Shown here piece by piece: positions 30,136 through 39,702 of a stretch of DNA of 64,000 nt. This stretch comes from Vulcanimicrobiota bacterium (GTDB lineage: Bacteria > Vulcanimicrobiota > Vulcanimicrobiia > Vulcanimicrobiales > Vulcanimicrobiaceae): assembly GCA_963723515.1 (NCBI GenBank), contig CAVRQT010000003.1:480001-544000 (forward strand), written 5' to 3'. The notes below the pieces were generated by a model. That model worked only from the letters and a program-made list of their open reading frames with translations, was not told the origin of the DNA and did not search any database. The stretch's first letter is position 1, and the number at the start of each line of letters is the position of its first letter. The position numbers and the translations under genes are program-made.

Positions 30136-30957
30136 ATGCTCGAACAAGATAGAAACGAACTGATCGACTCTCTCGAATCCGACGTCCCTTCGCAAGCCTC
30201 AACCGCTATCGAAGAGCCGGTGCCTTCGGAGGTCGCCGAAGAGCCGCAAGCGACAATTCAAGCCGAGATTGAAGGTGAAGCGGCAAGCGTGCCGGCGCCT
30301 GGTGATTTCTTTCGGCGCGACGTTGAAGTTGAAGACATACCGCGCGAGGTTGAACCAGACGGTTTAGCGGGCGAACAGCAAACTGAGGCGGCTGCTGTCC
30401 GGCCCGCACCGAAGCCCAAAGATACGCGCAAGAAGTGGTACGTCGTGCACACGTACTCCGGTTATGAGAATAAGGTCAAAGCCAATCTCGAGCGGCGCAT
30501 CCACTCGATGAACATGCAAGATAAAATCTTCCGCGTTCTCGTGCCGATGGAAGATGAAGTCGAGTTTAAGGACGGCAAGCGCAAGATCACGCCCAAGAAA
30601 GTCTTTCCGGGCTACGTGCTGGTCGAAATGGACATGGACGACTCGTCCTGGTACGTCGTTCGCAACACATCGGGTGTGACCGGATTTGTCGGCAGCCCTG
30701 GGAGCGGCGAGAAGCCGATTCCGCTGCAGGAAAAAGAAGTCAAAACGATTCTCAAGCAGATGGGCATCGAAACGCCGAAACTCAAGATCGACTTCAAGAA
30801 GGGCGATCGCGTCAAGGTAACGTCAGGGCCGTTCTTTGATTTCACCGGTCTCATCGACGAGATCCAACCGGAAAAAGAAAAGGTTCGCGCGCTGATCTCG
30901 ATCTTCGGGCGCGAAACTCCAGTCGAGCTGGAGTTCTACCAGATCGAAAAGGTGTAA
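30136..30957 (+). CDS. nusG: Transcription termination/antitermination factor NusG with an acidic N-terminal extension
   Basis: WYVVHTYSGYENKVK, KVFPGYVLVEM, KOW motif, FGRETPVELEF. Confidence 0.97.
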   Translation: MLEQDRNELIDSLESDVPSQASTAIEEPVPSEVAEEPQATIQAEIEGEAASVPAPGDFFRRDVEVEDIPREVEPDGLAGEQQTEAAAVRPAPKPKDTRKKWYVVHTYSGYENKVKANLERRIHSMNMQDKIFRVLVPMEDEVEFKDGKRKITPKKVFPGYVLVEMDMDDSSWYVVRNTSGVTGFVGSPGSGEKPIPLQEKEVKTILKQMGIETPKLKIDFKKGDRVKVTSGPFFDFTGLIDEIQPEKEKVRALISIFGRETPVELEFYQIEKV

Positions 30958-30959
30958 CG

Positions 30960-31127
30960 ATGGATATGAAACCCTATCGCATCGGCGACGAAATACACTG
31001 CGGAGGCATGCCGGGAAAGCCCGGCGGCGATCCGGGGCAAGAGAATGAGCCGCCGGATGAGTCCGAGGAAGAGTCTGATGAGCAGGCGCCAAGCGCACAG
31101 CAAAAGCCAGAACGTTTGATAGTATAA
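30960..31127 (+). CDS. Putative 55-aa acidic small protein
   Basis: ATG 2 nt after the nusG stop; MDMKPYRIGDEIHCGGMPGKPGGDPGQENEPPDESEEESDEQ... Confidence 0.45.
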   Translation: MDMKPYRIGDEIHCGGMPGKPGGDPGQENEPPDESEEESDEQAPSAQQKPERLIV

Positions 31128-31213
31128 ATTAAAACTTTCCGCACGGCACGACCCCGAGCAGGGCGGCAAAAGCAAACACGAGAGCAACGGGGGAGTCTTG
31201 AAAGGACGAAGAG

Positions 31214-31636
31214 ATGGCAAAAAAAGTCGTAGGCAAGATCGGCCTGCAAATTCCGGCCGGCAAAGCGACGCCCGCACCGCCGATCGGCCCGGCGCTCGGG
31301 CCGTACAGCTTGAACATCATGGATTTCTGCAAGCAGTACAACGAGCGCACGCAGAGCCAAGCCGGCATGATCATTCCGGTCGAGATCACCGTTTTTGAAG
31401 ACCGCACGTTCTCGTTCATCACGAAGACGCCCCCAGCGTCATTCCTGATCAAACAGGCGCTCAAGATCGAGTCCGGCTCCGCGGAGCCGAATCGCAATAA
31501 AGTCGGCAAAATCACGCAAGCGCAACTCGAGGAGATCGCCAAGACGAAGATGGCCGATCTCAACGCGAATGACGTCGAAATGGCAAAGCGCATCATCGCC
31601 GGCACGGCGCGCTCGATGGGCGTGGAGGTTGCCTGA
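31214..31636 (+). CDS. rplK: 50S ribosomal protein L11
   Basis: [31 protein letters not shown]. Confidence 0.98.
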   Translation: MAKKVVGKIGLQIPAGKATPAPPIGPALGPYSLNIMDFCKQYNERTQSQAGMIIPVEITVFEDRTFSFITKTPPASFLIKQALKIESGSAEPNRNKVGKITQAQLEEIAKTKMADLNANDVEMAKRIIAGTARSMGVEVA

Positions 31637-32337
31637 TGGCTCACGAGCATGGAAAGCGCTTTCGCAAACTGACCGAAGCGTTCGATCGGACGAAGCTCTT
31701 CGAGCCGGCGGAAGCTGTTGCGCTCGTCAAGCGCAATGCCAACGCGAAATTCGATGAGACGGTCGAGGCGCACATTCGTTTAGGCGTCGATCCGAAGAAG
31801 AGCGATCAGAACGTTCGCGGCACGGTCAATCTGCCGCATGGCACCGGACGCACGGTGCGCGTCATTGCATTTGCCAAGGGCGACAATGCGAAGGCGGCGG
31901 AAGCGGCCGGCGCAGATTTTGTCGGCGAACAGGACCTCATCGATAAAGTGAAGGGCGGTTTCGCCGACTTCGACGTTGCGGTTGCGACGCCCGATATGAT
32001 GGGTGCCGTCGGTTCGCAGCTCGGCCGAATTCTGGCGCAGAAGATGCCGAACCCAAAAGCGGGCACCGTGTCGCCGAATATCGCCCAAGCGTTGCGGGAC
32101 ATCAAAGCCGGCAAGGTTGAGTATCGCTTGGACAAGACCGGCATCGTTCACACGATCGTCGGCAAAGCCGCCTTTGAAGACGCGCATCTGGCAGAAAACG
32201 TCACGACGTTACTCGATGCAATCGTGCGTGCGAAACCCGCTGCGGCGAAAGGGACGTACCTAAAGAGCATCACCTTGACGAGCACGATGGGCCCGGGCGT
32301 CCGAGTCGATCCGAATAAGATCAAGGCAAACGCCTAG
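31636..32337 (+). CDS. rplA: 50S ribosomal protein L1
   Basis: [33 protein letters not shown]. Confidence 0.98.
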   Translation: MAHEHGKRFRKLTEAFDRTKLFEPAEAVALVKRNANAKFDETVEAHIRLGVDPKKSDQNVRGTVNLPHGTGRTVRVIAFAKGDNAKAAEAAGADFVGEQDLIDKVKGGFADFDVAVATPDMMGAVGSQLGRILAQKMPNPKAGTVSPNIAQALRDIKAGKVEYRLDKTGIVHTIVGKAAFEDAHLAENVTTLLDAIVRAKPAAAKGTYLKSITLTSTMGPGVRVDPNKIKANA

Positions 32338-32363
32338 GCCGATCTCTCCAAAGCACAAGCAAT

Positions 32364-32394
32364 AAAAAAGGCCGCTGACGACAGCGGCCTTTTA
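32364..32394. terminator. Bidirectional terminator
   Basis: AAAAAAGGCCGCTG-acga-CAGCGGCCTTTT between convergent genes. Confidence 0.75.
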
Positions 32395-32411
32395 CGATCC
32401 GGTCGTGCAGT

Positions 32412-33011
32412 TCAGAGGCGCGCCGTCGCCCTCGAATCAATCGTGTTGTGCACGTCGTAAAACGTGATGCGCGGCTCCGGTGCTCCCGCGTCTTTTAACG
32501 CGCTGCCGAGTTGCGATTGAACGAAACGCTCGAAATCCTGGCGCGACGCCCAATGGTCGATGACACGCAATCCGTTCGGCGTCTTCATCGAGCAGTGAAA
32601 GATCAGCCCCTGCGGCGGTGACTGAACGATTCCCATGCCGGCATTCACCTCATCATATTTGCGCGTCAGATCCTCGGCGTCTCCCTGAAGTTCAACGAGG
32701 ACGCCGGTCCCTTTCCGGCTGCTCCCTTTGCCGTTGATCGTCTTGTAGACGTCGCTGAAATCGATTTGCGGTTGCGGCACACCGTGCTTTTGCGTCAGCG
32801 GACCGATCTGCTCTTGAGCAAATTTGTCGAAATCAGCGCGCGTTTCCCAGACATCGCAAATCAACAAGCCACCATCTGGATTCGGCGCGCACCAATGGTA
32901 GATGGCGCCTTTGGCGGGGTTGTCTTGAACGCCCATCTCATCGACGATCCGATCGTAAAGATCGGTGGCGTTCTCGACTCTTGGGAAACGCTGAACCACA
33001 CAAACAGCCAT
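32412..33011 (-). CDS. Hypothetical protein with two tandem ABM-like (dimeric alpha/beta barrel) repeats
   Basis: Internal repeat: YDRI..PAKGAIYH..ICDVWETRADFDKF and YDEV..PPQGLIFH..VIDHWASRQDFERF; GGAG RBS before ATG 33011. Confidence 0.7.
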   Translation of the reverse strand: MAVCVVQRFPRVENATDLYDRIVDEMGVQDNPAKGAIYHWCAPNPDGGLLICDVWETRADFDKFAQEQIGPLTQKHGVPQPQIDFSDVYKTINGKGSSRKGTGVLVELQGDAEDLTRKYDEVNAGMGIVQSPPQGLIFHCSMKTPNGLRVIDHWASRQDFERFVQSQLGSALKDAGAPEPRITFYDVHNTIDSRATARL

Positions 33012-33150
33012 AGTAGCTCCCTTCAAAGCTGAAGTTCGGGGCTCGATTCTCTCACAGTCGCCGACGGGCGGCAATACGCAGGTTCACCGATGAATACAAA
33101 GAGGGCCGGCATAACTGCCGGCCCTCCGAACCAGTTGGCTTTAAGAGGCG

Positions 33151-34086
33151 TTACTGAACGCAGCCGCCCGCCGAATTGCTCCAGAGAGGTTGCGTGGGGA
33201 ACGTGCCGGTGGAGAATGAGTTGTTCTGAAGATTCATCCAGGCACACTTGTCTCCAGTTTCCTCGCCGCTGCCATCGTACCAGGCGTTGAGTTGCGGATC
33301 GGTCATCGTTTCGGCTTGCTCGTGGCCGCCGACGATCGTCACGCCGTCAAGCGTGCCGGGGCTGTTGACCGAGCCTGCGCCGCAGCTTTGTCCGGCATCG
33401 GGCATGTACGGCATGTAGGTCCAGGACACGGTGCCGCTGCCGGATGACGTCGTGCTGTGATAAGCACACCACTGCGTTCCGAAACCGGACTGCGAGTGGC
33501 CGTGCGGCGTTGCGACGATGTAGTTCGTTGAAACGGAGTAGCTGCCGCTAAAATGCGAAAGTGCGCGTACCGCTTCGGCGGCAAGCTTTGCCTGCGTAAT
33601 CCGGCGTGGCAGTGCGTTTGTGTTATCCGACCACGTGCTGATCAGCATTCCCATCTGGTTGCCGACGTGGCCGCCGCTGTCGGTGTATTGCGTCTGCGAG
33701 CTAAGCCACTGGCTGCCGCCCACACCGCCGAAGAACGATTGCATTTGCGGCCCTACGCCTGAGGGGTCGCTGCCCTTCCATCCCCAGTACACGACGTAAA
33801 TGTGCGGGGTGTGCTGCACGGGACCGCCGTGCCAGGTCAGATTTGCGCCGGCAGCTGGAACCGGTCCCGGGGCGTGTCCGGGCAGAATCCCTGCGGCTTC
33901 TTTGGTCAGCATGATGTGCGCAACCGCGCCGGTTTGCGGATCGCGCATCGTATAGGACGGCGCCGTCGCCGGCGCGAGGTTCAGATTTGGTGAGTTTGCC
34001 GGGAGCGATGTGCCGCTGTTTCCGCTGCACGCGGCGAGCACGGCTCCGAAGGCAAGAATGAGATACGTTTTGGGATTACGGTGCAT
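33151..34086 (-). CDS. Secreted lipoprotein, Phi-1/EXORDIUM-like
   Basis: Lipobox LAAC, LTWHGGPV, WCAYH, GHEQAETMTDP, ETGDKCAW, QPLWSN. Confidence 0.7.
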   Translation of the reverse strand: MHRNPKTYLILAFGAVLAACSGNSGTSLPANSPNLNLAPATAPSYTMRDPQTGAVAHIMLTKEAAGILPGHAPGPVPAAGANLTWHGGPVQHTPHIYVVYWGWKGSDPSGVGPQMQSFFGGVGGSQWLSSQTQYTDSGGHVGNQMGMLISTWSDNTNALPRRITQAKLAAEAVRALSHFSGSYSVSTNYIVATPHGHSQSGFGTQWCAYHSTTSSGSGTVSWTYMPYMPDAGQSCGAGSVNSPGTLDGVTIVGGHEQAETMTDPQLNAWYDGSGEETGDKCAWMNLQNNSFSTGTFPTQPLWSNSAGGCVQ

Positions 34087-34172
34087 CCAGACGTCTCCTA
34101 AGCTGGTGGGAAGTGAAGTAACTTCGCCCCAATGTTGCAACTGCTAGGACCCTTCCTTCTTCATCCTTCCAC

Positions 34173-34201
34173 TTGCGCCAGAAGGGCGGTTCCGGTATGA
34201 T
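34173..34201 (+). promoter_or_regulatory. rplJ promoter
   Basis: TTGCGC-N17-TATGAT immediately before the L10 leader. Confidence 0.6.
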
Positions 34202-34204
34202 AGC

Positions 34205-34285
34205 CGACGGCTCCGAAGACTGTAGGTCCCTCTCTCGGACAAGCCGAGGGTAGGATAATGCGCAAGCGCCTACCGAGGACGGCAT
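34205..34285 (+). ncRNA. Ribosomal protein L10 leader (autoregulatory RNA)
   Basis: CCGAAGACTGTAGG...CCTACCGAGG pairing pattern upstream of rplJ. Confidence 0.8.
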
Positions 34286-34309
34286 GAAGGTGGAGGGCTC
34301 GATTCGATC

Positions 34310-34335
34310 GCCCTTCGACAAGCTCAGGGTGACAC
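34310..34335. repeat. Single REP-like copy in the rplJ 5' UTR
   Basis: GCCCTTCGACAAGCTCAGGGTGACAC, identical to 23726-23751. Confidence 0.85.
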
Positions 34336-34424
34336 TGAGGGTACCCGAGCGACAGATTTCATGGCGCTCTCGACCAGGAGCGCCTTTTTCATTTCCACAC
34401 TACGCCTGACGAAGTGGGACGTTT

Positions 34425-34958
34425 ATGCCAACCGCAAAGAAAGAAGCCGCCGTCGATGAGCTCAAAGAGCGCATCGCTCAGGCCGACAACCTGATCTTCA
34501 CCAACTACGCTGGCCTGAGCGTCGGAGACATCTCGCGTTTGCGAGGCGAGTTGCGTAAGGACGGCAACTCCTACGCGGTCGTAAAGAATACGCTCTTCGC
34601 GCGCGCTGCGGGCGAGGAGCTCGCGCGCCAATTCGAGGCGTTGCTCGCCGGACCGACGGGCATCGTCTTTGCTGGTAGCGATCCGGTTGCCCCGGCGAAG
34701 GCGCTCAAGACATTTTCCGACTCGGTCAAGCCGATCCAAATCAAAGCGGCGTACATCGACGGCAAGGTCGTCGATGTCTCGCAGGTCAACGCGCTGGCGG
34801 CATTACCGCCGCGGCTCGAGTTGATCGGCCGCTTGGTCGGATCGATCGCGAGCCCGCTTCGCGGCCTCGTCACCGTCCTCTCAGGAAATCAAAGCGGACT
34901 CCTCCGCGTCCTCAATGCAATCCGCGAGCAAAGAGAAGCCGCGGGAAGCGCTGCTTAA
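34425..34958 (+). CDS. rplJ: 50S ribosomal protein L10
   Basis: YAGLSV..LR, VVKNTL, LAGPT, LAALP. Confidence 0.96.
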   Translation: MPTAKKEAAVDELKERIAQADNLIFTNYAGLSVGDISRLRGELRKDGNSYAVVKNTLFARAAGEELARQFEALLAGPTGIVFAGSDPVAPAKALKTFSDSVKPIQIKAAYIDGKVVDVSQVNALAALPPRLELIGRLVGSIASPLRGLVTVLSGNQSGLLRVLNAIREQREAAGSAA

Positions 34959-34976
34959 CAGAAAGGTTCTTGTACC

Positions 34977-35351
34977 ATGGCCCTCCCCGAACTGATTGAA
35001 CAAATTGACAAACTGACCGTCTTAGAGCTGGCGGATCTCGTCAAACAGCTCGAAGAGAAGTACGGCGTCTCAGCCGCTGCACCGGTGGCGATGATGCCGG
35101 CGAGCGGCGCGGCCGCTCCGGGCGCGGCTGCTCCGGAGCAGACGGAGTTCGATGCGGTCCTCGCTGAAGTCGGCGCCGAGAAGATCAAGGTCATCAAGGC
35201 GGTGCGCGAGATCACGACGCTCGGCTTGACCGAAGCGAAGACCTTCGTCGAGAGCGCGCCGAAGCCGATCAAACAAGGCATTCCGAAAGACGAGGCCGAG
35301 GCGATCAAAAAGAAACTCGAGGAAGTCGGCGCTAAGGTCGAGATCAAGTAG
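34977..35351 (+). CDS. rplL: 50S ribosomal protein L7/L12
   Basis: [37 protein letters not shown]. Confidence 0.98.
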   Translation: MALPELIEQIDKLTVLELADLVKQLEEKYGVSAAAPVAMMPASGAAAPGAAAPEQTEFDAVLAEVGAEKIKVIKAVREITTLGLTEAKTFVESAPKPIKQGIPKDEAEAIKKKLEEVGAKVEIK

Positions 35352-35366
35352 CGCCCCCTGCTGCTT

Positions 35367-35685
35367 CGTCATGCTTCGACAGGCTCAGCATCGACACTGG
35401 GACACGCGCGCGAGCATCTCGATTGGTGCGATGGCAACATCCCGCCGAACAGCACGCGTCCCCTGTGTCACACTGAGCTTAGCCTGCACTGAGCTTGACG
35501 ACAGTGTCGAAATGTGACCGTAGATTATCGCGGCCCTTCGACAAGCTCAGGGTGACAGTACGCGCTTCGGACAAGCTCAATGTGACACAGGGACACGCGC
35601 GCGAGCATCTCGATTAGTGCGATGGCAACATGGCGCCGAACAGCACGCGTCCCCTGTGTCACACTGAGCTTGTCGAAGTCTGACA
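35367..35685. repeat. BIME-like cluster of REP copies with a tandemly duplicated unit (period about 191 bp)
   Basis: Several TTCGACA(A/G)GCTCA and TGAGCTTGTCGAA copies; GGGACACGCGCGCGAGCATCTCGAT...GTCACACTGAGCTT at both 35399 and 35590. Confidence 0.85.
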
Positions 35686-35710
35686 TAAGGCAATCGCGCA
35701 GCGCTAGCTA

Positions 35711-36193
35711 ATGTATCACCAGTCGCCGCTCACATACCTCATCATCCTCGCCGCGCTGGCGCTGGTGATCTTTCGCAACTTGCGGCCTCAGACGCTGACG
35801 ATCTCTCGCCTCTGGCTGATGCCGCTCATCTTACTGCTGCTGGTCGGCGTTTCGTTTTGGGCGACGGCGATCGAGTTGCCGCAGAGGCTGCTTTGGATGC
35901 CGGCGGTCGGGGTCGTCATCGGTTTGGCGCTCGGCATCCCATTTGGAATCTTGCGCGGCCGCCATAGTAAGATGCGCGCCGGCAACAAAAAAGGGACGAT
36001 CGTCATCGAGCCCTCGACGATCACCCTCGTGCTCTTCTTCGTGGCCTTTGCGGCGCGCTATCTGATCCGATTTTTCGTGCCGTCCGCAGGCCCGGTCGCG
36101 ATCGCGCCGGCCGACGGCTTTCTCGCGTTCGCGATCGCCTCGGTGATCGCGTCGCGCTACATCTTATATACGCGCTTTAAAGCGCTGGCTTAA
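35711..36193 (+). CDS. CcdC/DUF1453-like membrane protein
   Basis: Five hydrophobic helices; RLWLMP motif. Confidence 0.6.
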   Translation: MYHQSPLTYLIILAALALVIFRNLRPQTLTISRLWLMPLILLLLVGVSFWATAIELPQRLLWMPAVGVVIGLALGIPFGILRGRHSKMRAGNKKGTIVIEPSTITLVLFFVAFAARYLIRFFVPSAGPVAIAPADGFLAFAIASVIASRYILYTRFKALA

Positions 36194-36984
36194 TGACTGC
36201 TGGGCCGGAAGCGGTCGGAGCGAAAGCCCGATTCATTTATGGGTGTCGCCGTCGCCATATCGCTGCTGAAGCGCCCGAAAATCGCCGGATTGGCGGCAAA
36301 CTCGCTCTGTAAGTCCGAGATCCGATGGTCGTCCCGCGGATGGTCAGAGAGAAACTCCGGCGGATGTCCGCCGCTCGGATGAGCTTCGTAATGCTCGAAA
36401 AGCCATACCATACCCCACGGATTGATGCCGGCTTGGGCGCAGGTCACGGCGCCTTTAGCATCCGCCGCATGCTCGACGCCTCGCGAGAAGTTGAGGCCGA
36501 TCAGTTGATCTGCTGAACCCAAGACGAAGTTCGAGAAACCTCGTCCGCCAAGCAGCAGCGATGCAATGTTGGCGAGCAAATCGACATTCTGCTGCCGATG
36601 CGCCAAACCCACGACGTCGTGGTGAATCGTGTGCGATGTTTCATGGCAAAGCACGCCGGCCAACTCTTCCTTATTTTGCACGAAAGACATCATTGAATCG
36701 GTTACGTACACGTTTCCGCCCGGGACGGAAAACGCGTTCGGCGATTTTTCGTGCACGAGGATGAACCGGAACGGCGTATCGTACTGCGGGTCCGCAACGC
36801 GCTTGATGCGCTGCGCAATAGGATTGAGGATATTGTAGTAGGGCGAGTTGTTGATGATCTCGCCCCGCCGCGCGAGCTCCGCGTACACTTGCTGGCCGAT
36901 CTGCTGCTCGCTTTGGGCGAGCGCCGGAGAAGCCGGCCCGATCAGCAGTCCGACGCCGACGATCAGTGCAAAAAGACGTTTCAT
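36190..36984 (-). CDS. M48 family metallopeptidase (secreted)
   Basis: NAFSVPGG, ELAGVLCHETSH, E..AD, LSDHP; signal peptide. Confidence 0.9.
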   Translation of the reverse strand: MKRLFALIVGVGLLIGPASPALAQSEQQIGQQVYAELARRGEIINNSPYYNILNPIAQRIKRVADPQYDTPFRFILVHEKSPNAFSVPGGNVYVTDSMMSFVQNKEELAGVLCHETSHTIHHDVVGLAHRQQNVDLLANIASLLLGGRGFSNFVLGSADQLIGLNFSRGVEHAADAKGAVTCAQAGINPWGMVWLFEHYEAHPSGGHPPEFLSDHPRDDHRISDLQSEFAANPAIFGRFSSDMATATPINESGFRSDRFRPSSH

Positions 36985-37020
36985 CTACACTACTAGAACG
37001 CGGCTCGCGGCCGGTTTGGT

Positions 37021-39163
37021 TTAGTGTACCAAGAACCCGACCAAGAGCAAGGCGACGATGTTCAGGACCTTGATCATCGGGTTGATTGCCGGTCCGGCCG
37101 TGTCCTTATAGGGATCGCCCACCGTATCGCCCGTCACCGCCGCCGCGTGAGCGACCGATCCCTTGCCGCCTAAGTTGCCGTCCTCGATGAACTTCTTCGC
37201 GTTGTCCCAGGCACCGCCGCCGCTCGTGAACGAAATCGCGACGAACAGTCCCGTGACGATCGAGCCGACGAGAATGCCGCCCATCATCTGCGCGCCCGCA
37301 TTCCCCGGCAAAACGTTGAAGTAACTCAAGAGCACGACGATAATTGGGACGCCGACCGGGATCAACGCCGGCACGATCATCTCTTTGAGCGCCGCGCGCG
37401 TGACGATGTCAACGGTCGTGGCGTAATTCGGCCGCGCCGTGCCTTGCATGATGCCCGGAATCTCGCGGAATTGGCGGCGCACTTCCTCGACGACCGCGCC
37501 GCCGGCGCGTCCGACCGCCTCCATCGACAGCGACGAAAAGAGATACGGCAACAGACCGCCGATCAGCAGCCCGGCCAGCACGTACGGTTCGCCGATGCCG
37601 AAGGTTACCGGATGCGTTGCGCACGCAGCGCTTGCCGCGGCGTGACACTTATCGCTCAGCTCGCGCAGGAACGAGGCAAATAAAACCACCGCCGCCAGCG
37701 CCGCCGAACCGATCGCGTAGCCCTTGGTCACGGCCTTCGTCGTATTGCCGACCGCATCGAGCGGATCGGTGACGCCGCGTACGTCCGCCGGCAAGTCGGC
37801 CATCTCCGCGATGCCGCCCGCGTTATCGGTAATGGGACCAAACGAATCGATCGCGACGATGATGCCCGCCATTGAGAGCATCGCCATAACCGCGATACCA
37901 ACGCCGTAGAGACCTGCGAGTGCGAATGACACTAAGATGCCGGCAACGATCACGATCGCGGGAAGCGCGGTCGATTGCATCGAGACGGCAAGACCGCTGA
38001 TGATGTTTGTCGCGTGACCCGTAATCGAAGCGTTCGCAATCCGATGAACGGGCGAATACTGTGTTCCCGTGTAGTATTCGGTGATGAACGTGATGAGGCC
38101 GGTGATCACCAAACCAATCAACGCGCAGACAAAAATTGCCCACGCCGGCACATCGTGACTCATGCCGATCGTTGCCGCCGGAATTCCAGCACCGAATTGC
38201 GCGCGGTTGACGAAATAGAACAGAATTGCGGCGAGGACCGCCGAGCTAATGAGTCCCTGATACAGCGCGTTCATGATCTTTCCGCGCCCACCGCGAGCCA
38301 TGCGCACGAAGAATGTGCCGATGATCGAGGCGACGATCGACGCGCGCGCCGAGCACGATCGGAAACGTTACCGCGCCCGGAATGCTCCGCAGCACGAGAT
38401 ATCCGAGCAGCATCGCTGCCACGGTCGTGACGACGTACGTTTCAAAGAGATCGGCCGCCATGCCGGCGCAGTCACCGACATTATCGCCGACATTATCCGC
38501 AATGACGGCCGGATTGCGCGGGTCGTCTTCCGGAATACCGGCTTCGACTTTGCCGACGAGATCCGCGCCAACGTCCGCTGCTTTCGTATAGATTCCGCCG
38601 CCCAAGCGCGCAAAAACCGAGATCAGCGAACATCCAAACGCGAGCCCGATCATTGCGGCCAGCGACCGCGCCTGGTCGCCGTGATTGATCGTGAGCAGAA
38701 TCCAGTAATAACCGCTGACCGCGAGCAGTCCGAGACCGACGACGAGCAGTCCCGTGACCGCGCCGCCGCGGAAGGCAACCTTCAGCGCCGGCGCGAGCCC
38801 GCTGCGCGCGGCTTCCGCGGTGCGAACGTTCGCGCGCACCGAGACGATCATGCCGATGAAGCCTGCCGAACCGGAGAGAATGGCGCCGATAATAAACCCG
38901 ATTGCCGCCTCTACGCCGAGCGATGGCGCGATTGCGATCAGTATCGCAAGAAGCACCGCGACGATGAGAATCGTCGAATATTGGCGCACCAAAAACGCCA
39001 TTGCGCCTTCTTGAATGGCAACCGCGATCTCGCGCATGCGTTCGTTGCCCGCTGGGCGCCGTAAGACCCAACCGATTAAGTAGATGCCGTAAAGAATTGC
39101 TAAAACGCCGGCGCCTAGGCCGGCGTAAAGAGCGTACTGGGTTGCGATGCCGGTCGCTGTCAT
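37021..39163 (-). CDS. hppA: Membrane-bound H+-translocating pyrophosphatase (K+-independent type), frameshifted near 38345
   Basis: [35 protein letters not shown] (Lys marks the K+-independent type), [19 protein letters not shown]. Confidence 0.93.
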
Positions 39164-39286
39164 GAACTCCCTTCGTTACGTGCTGAAAAGACGGGGCAAG
39201 GTTGCTCTTTTAAGGGAGCGAGTCCTTGTTCGATTTGCTCATAATCTGCGTCGAACGCGCTGCTCGCAAACGGGTACAACAGTAGC

Positions 39287-39646
39287 ATGACGACAGCAAC
39301 AGTTACCGATCTGCGAAAACATCCTCCACGCAGTCCGTTCGAGCAACTCGACGGCATGATGCTCCTTCCGCGCGCGATCGATAAGGCGCGTGCCTATATC
39401 GCAGGCACGCTTGGCGACTATGTGTATTGCGGATGTTCGGTCAACGCGCAGCTTTTTGAAACGCTCGGCATCACGGAAGATGAGTTTCTCGAAGCGGTGC
39501 GGACGTCACGCGACGACGAAGACGTCGCAGCCTGGATTCGCGACCGCGTACGTCCCGATCCGGCGCGCATTGCGACGATGAACCATCGCGTCACGCACGA
39601 CTCGCACATCGACGAGATCGCGAAGGAAGAAGGCTACAAAGCGTAA
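39287..39646 (+). CDS. DUF5069-like protein
   Basis: DLRKHPPRSP...LPRAIDKARA...GTLGDY. Confidence 0.65.
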   Translation: MTTATVTDLRKHPPRSPFEQLDGMMLLPRAIDKARAYIAGTLGDYVYCGCSVNAQLFETLGITEDEFLEAVRTSRDDEDVAAWIRDRVRPDPARIATMNHRVTHDSHIDEIAKEEGYKA

Positions 39647-39702
39647 TCCGCAGGCGCTAACACGCCAGGCGCGCGGCGCGGCCGCGCGCAATAGAGCGAC
39701 GC

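Noticed and set aside
35367..35685. Possible CRISPR array
   Set aside because: Repeats alternate in orientation, the intervening sequences are themselves duplicated, and there are no cas genes. This is a REP/BIME pattern.
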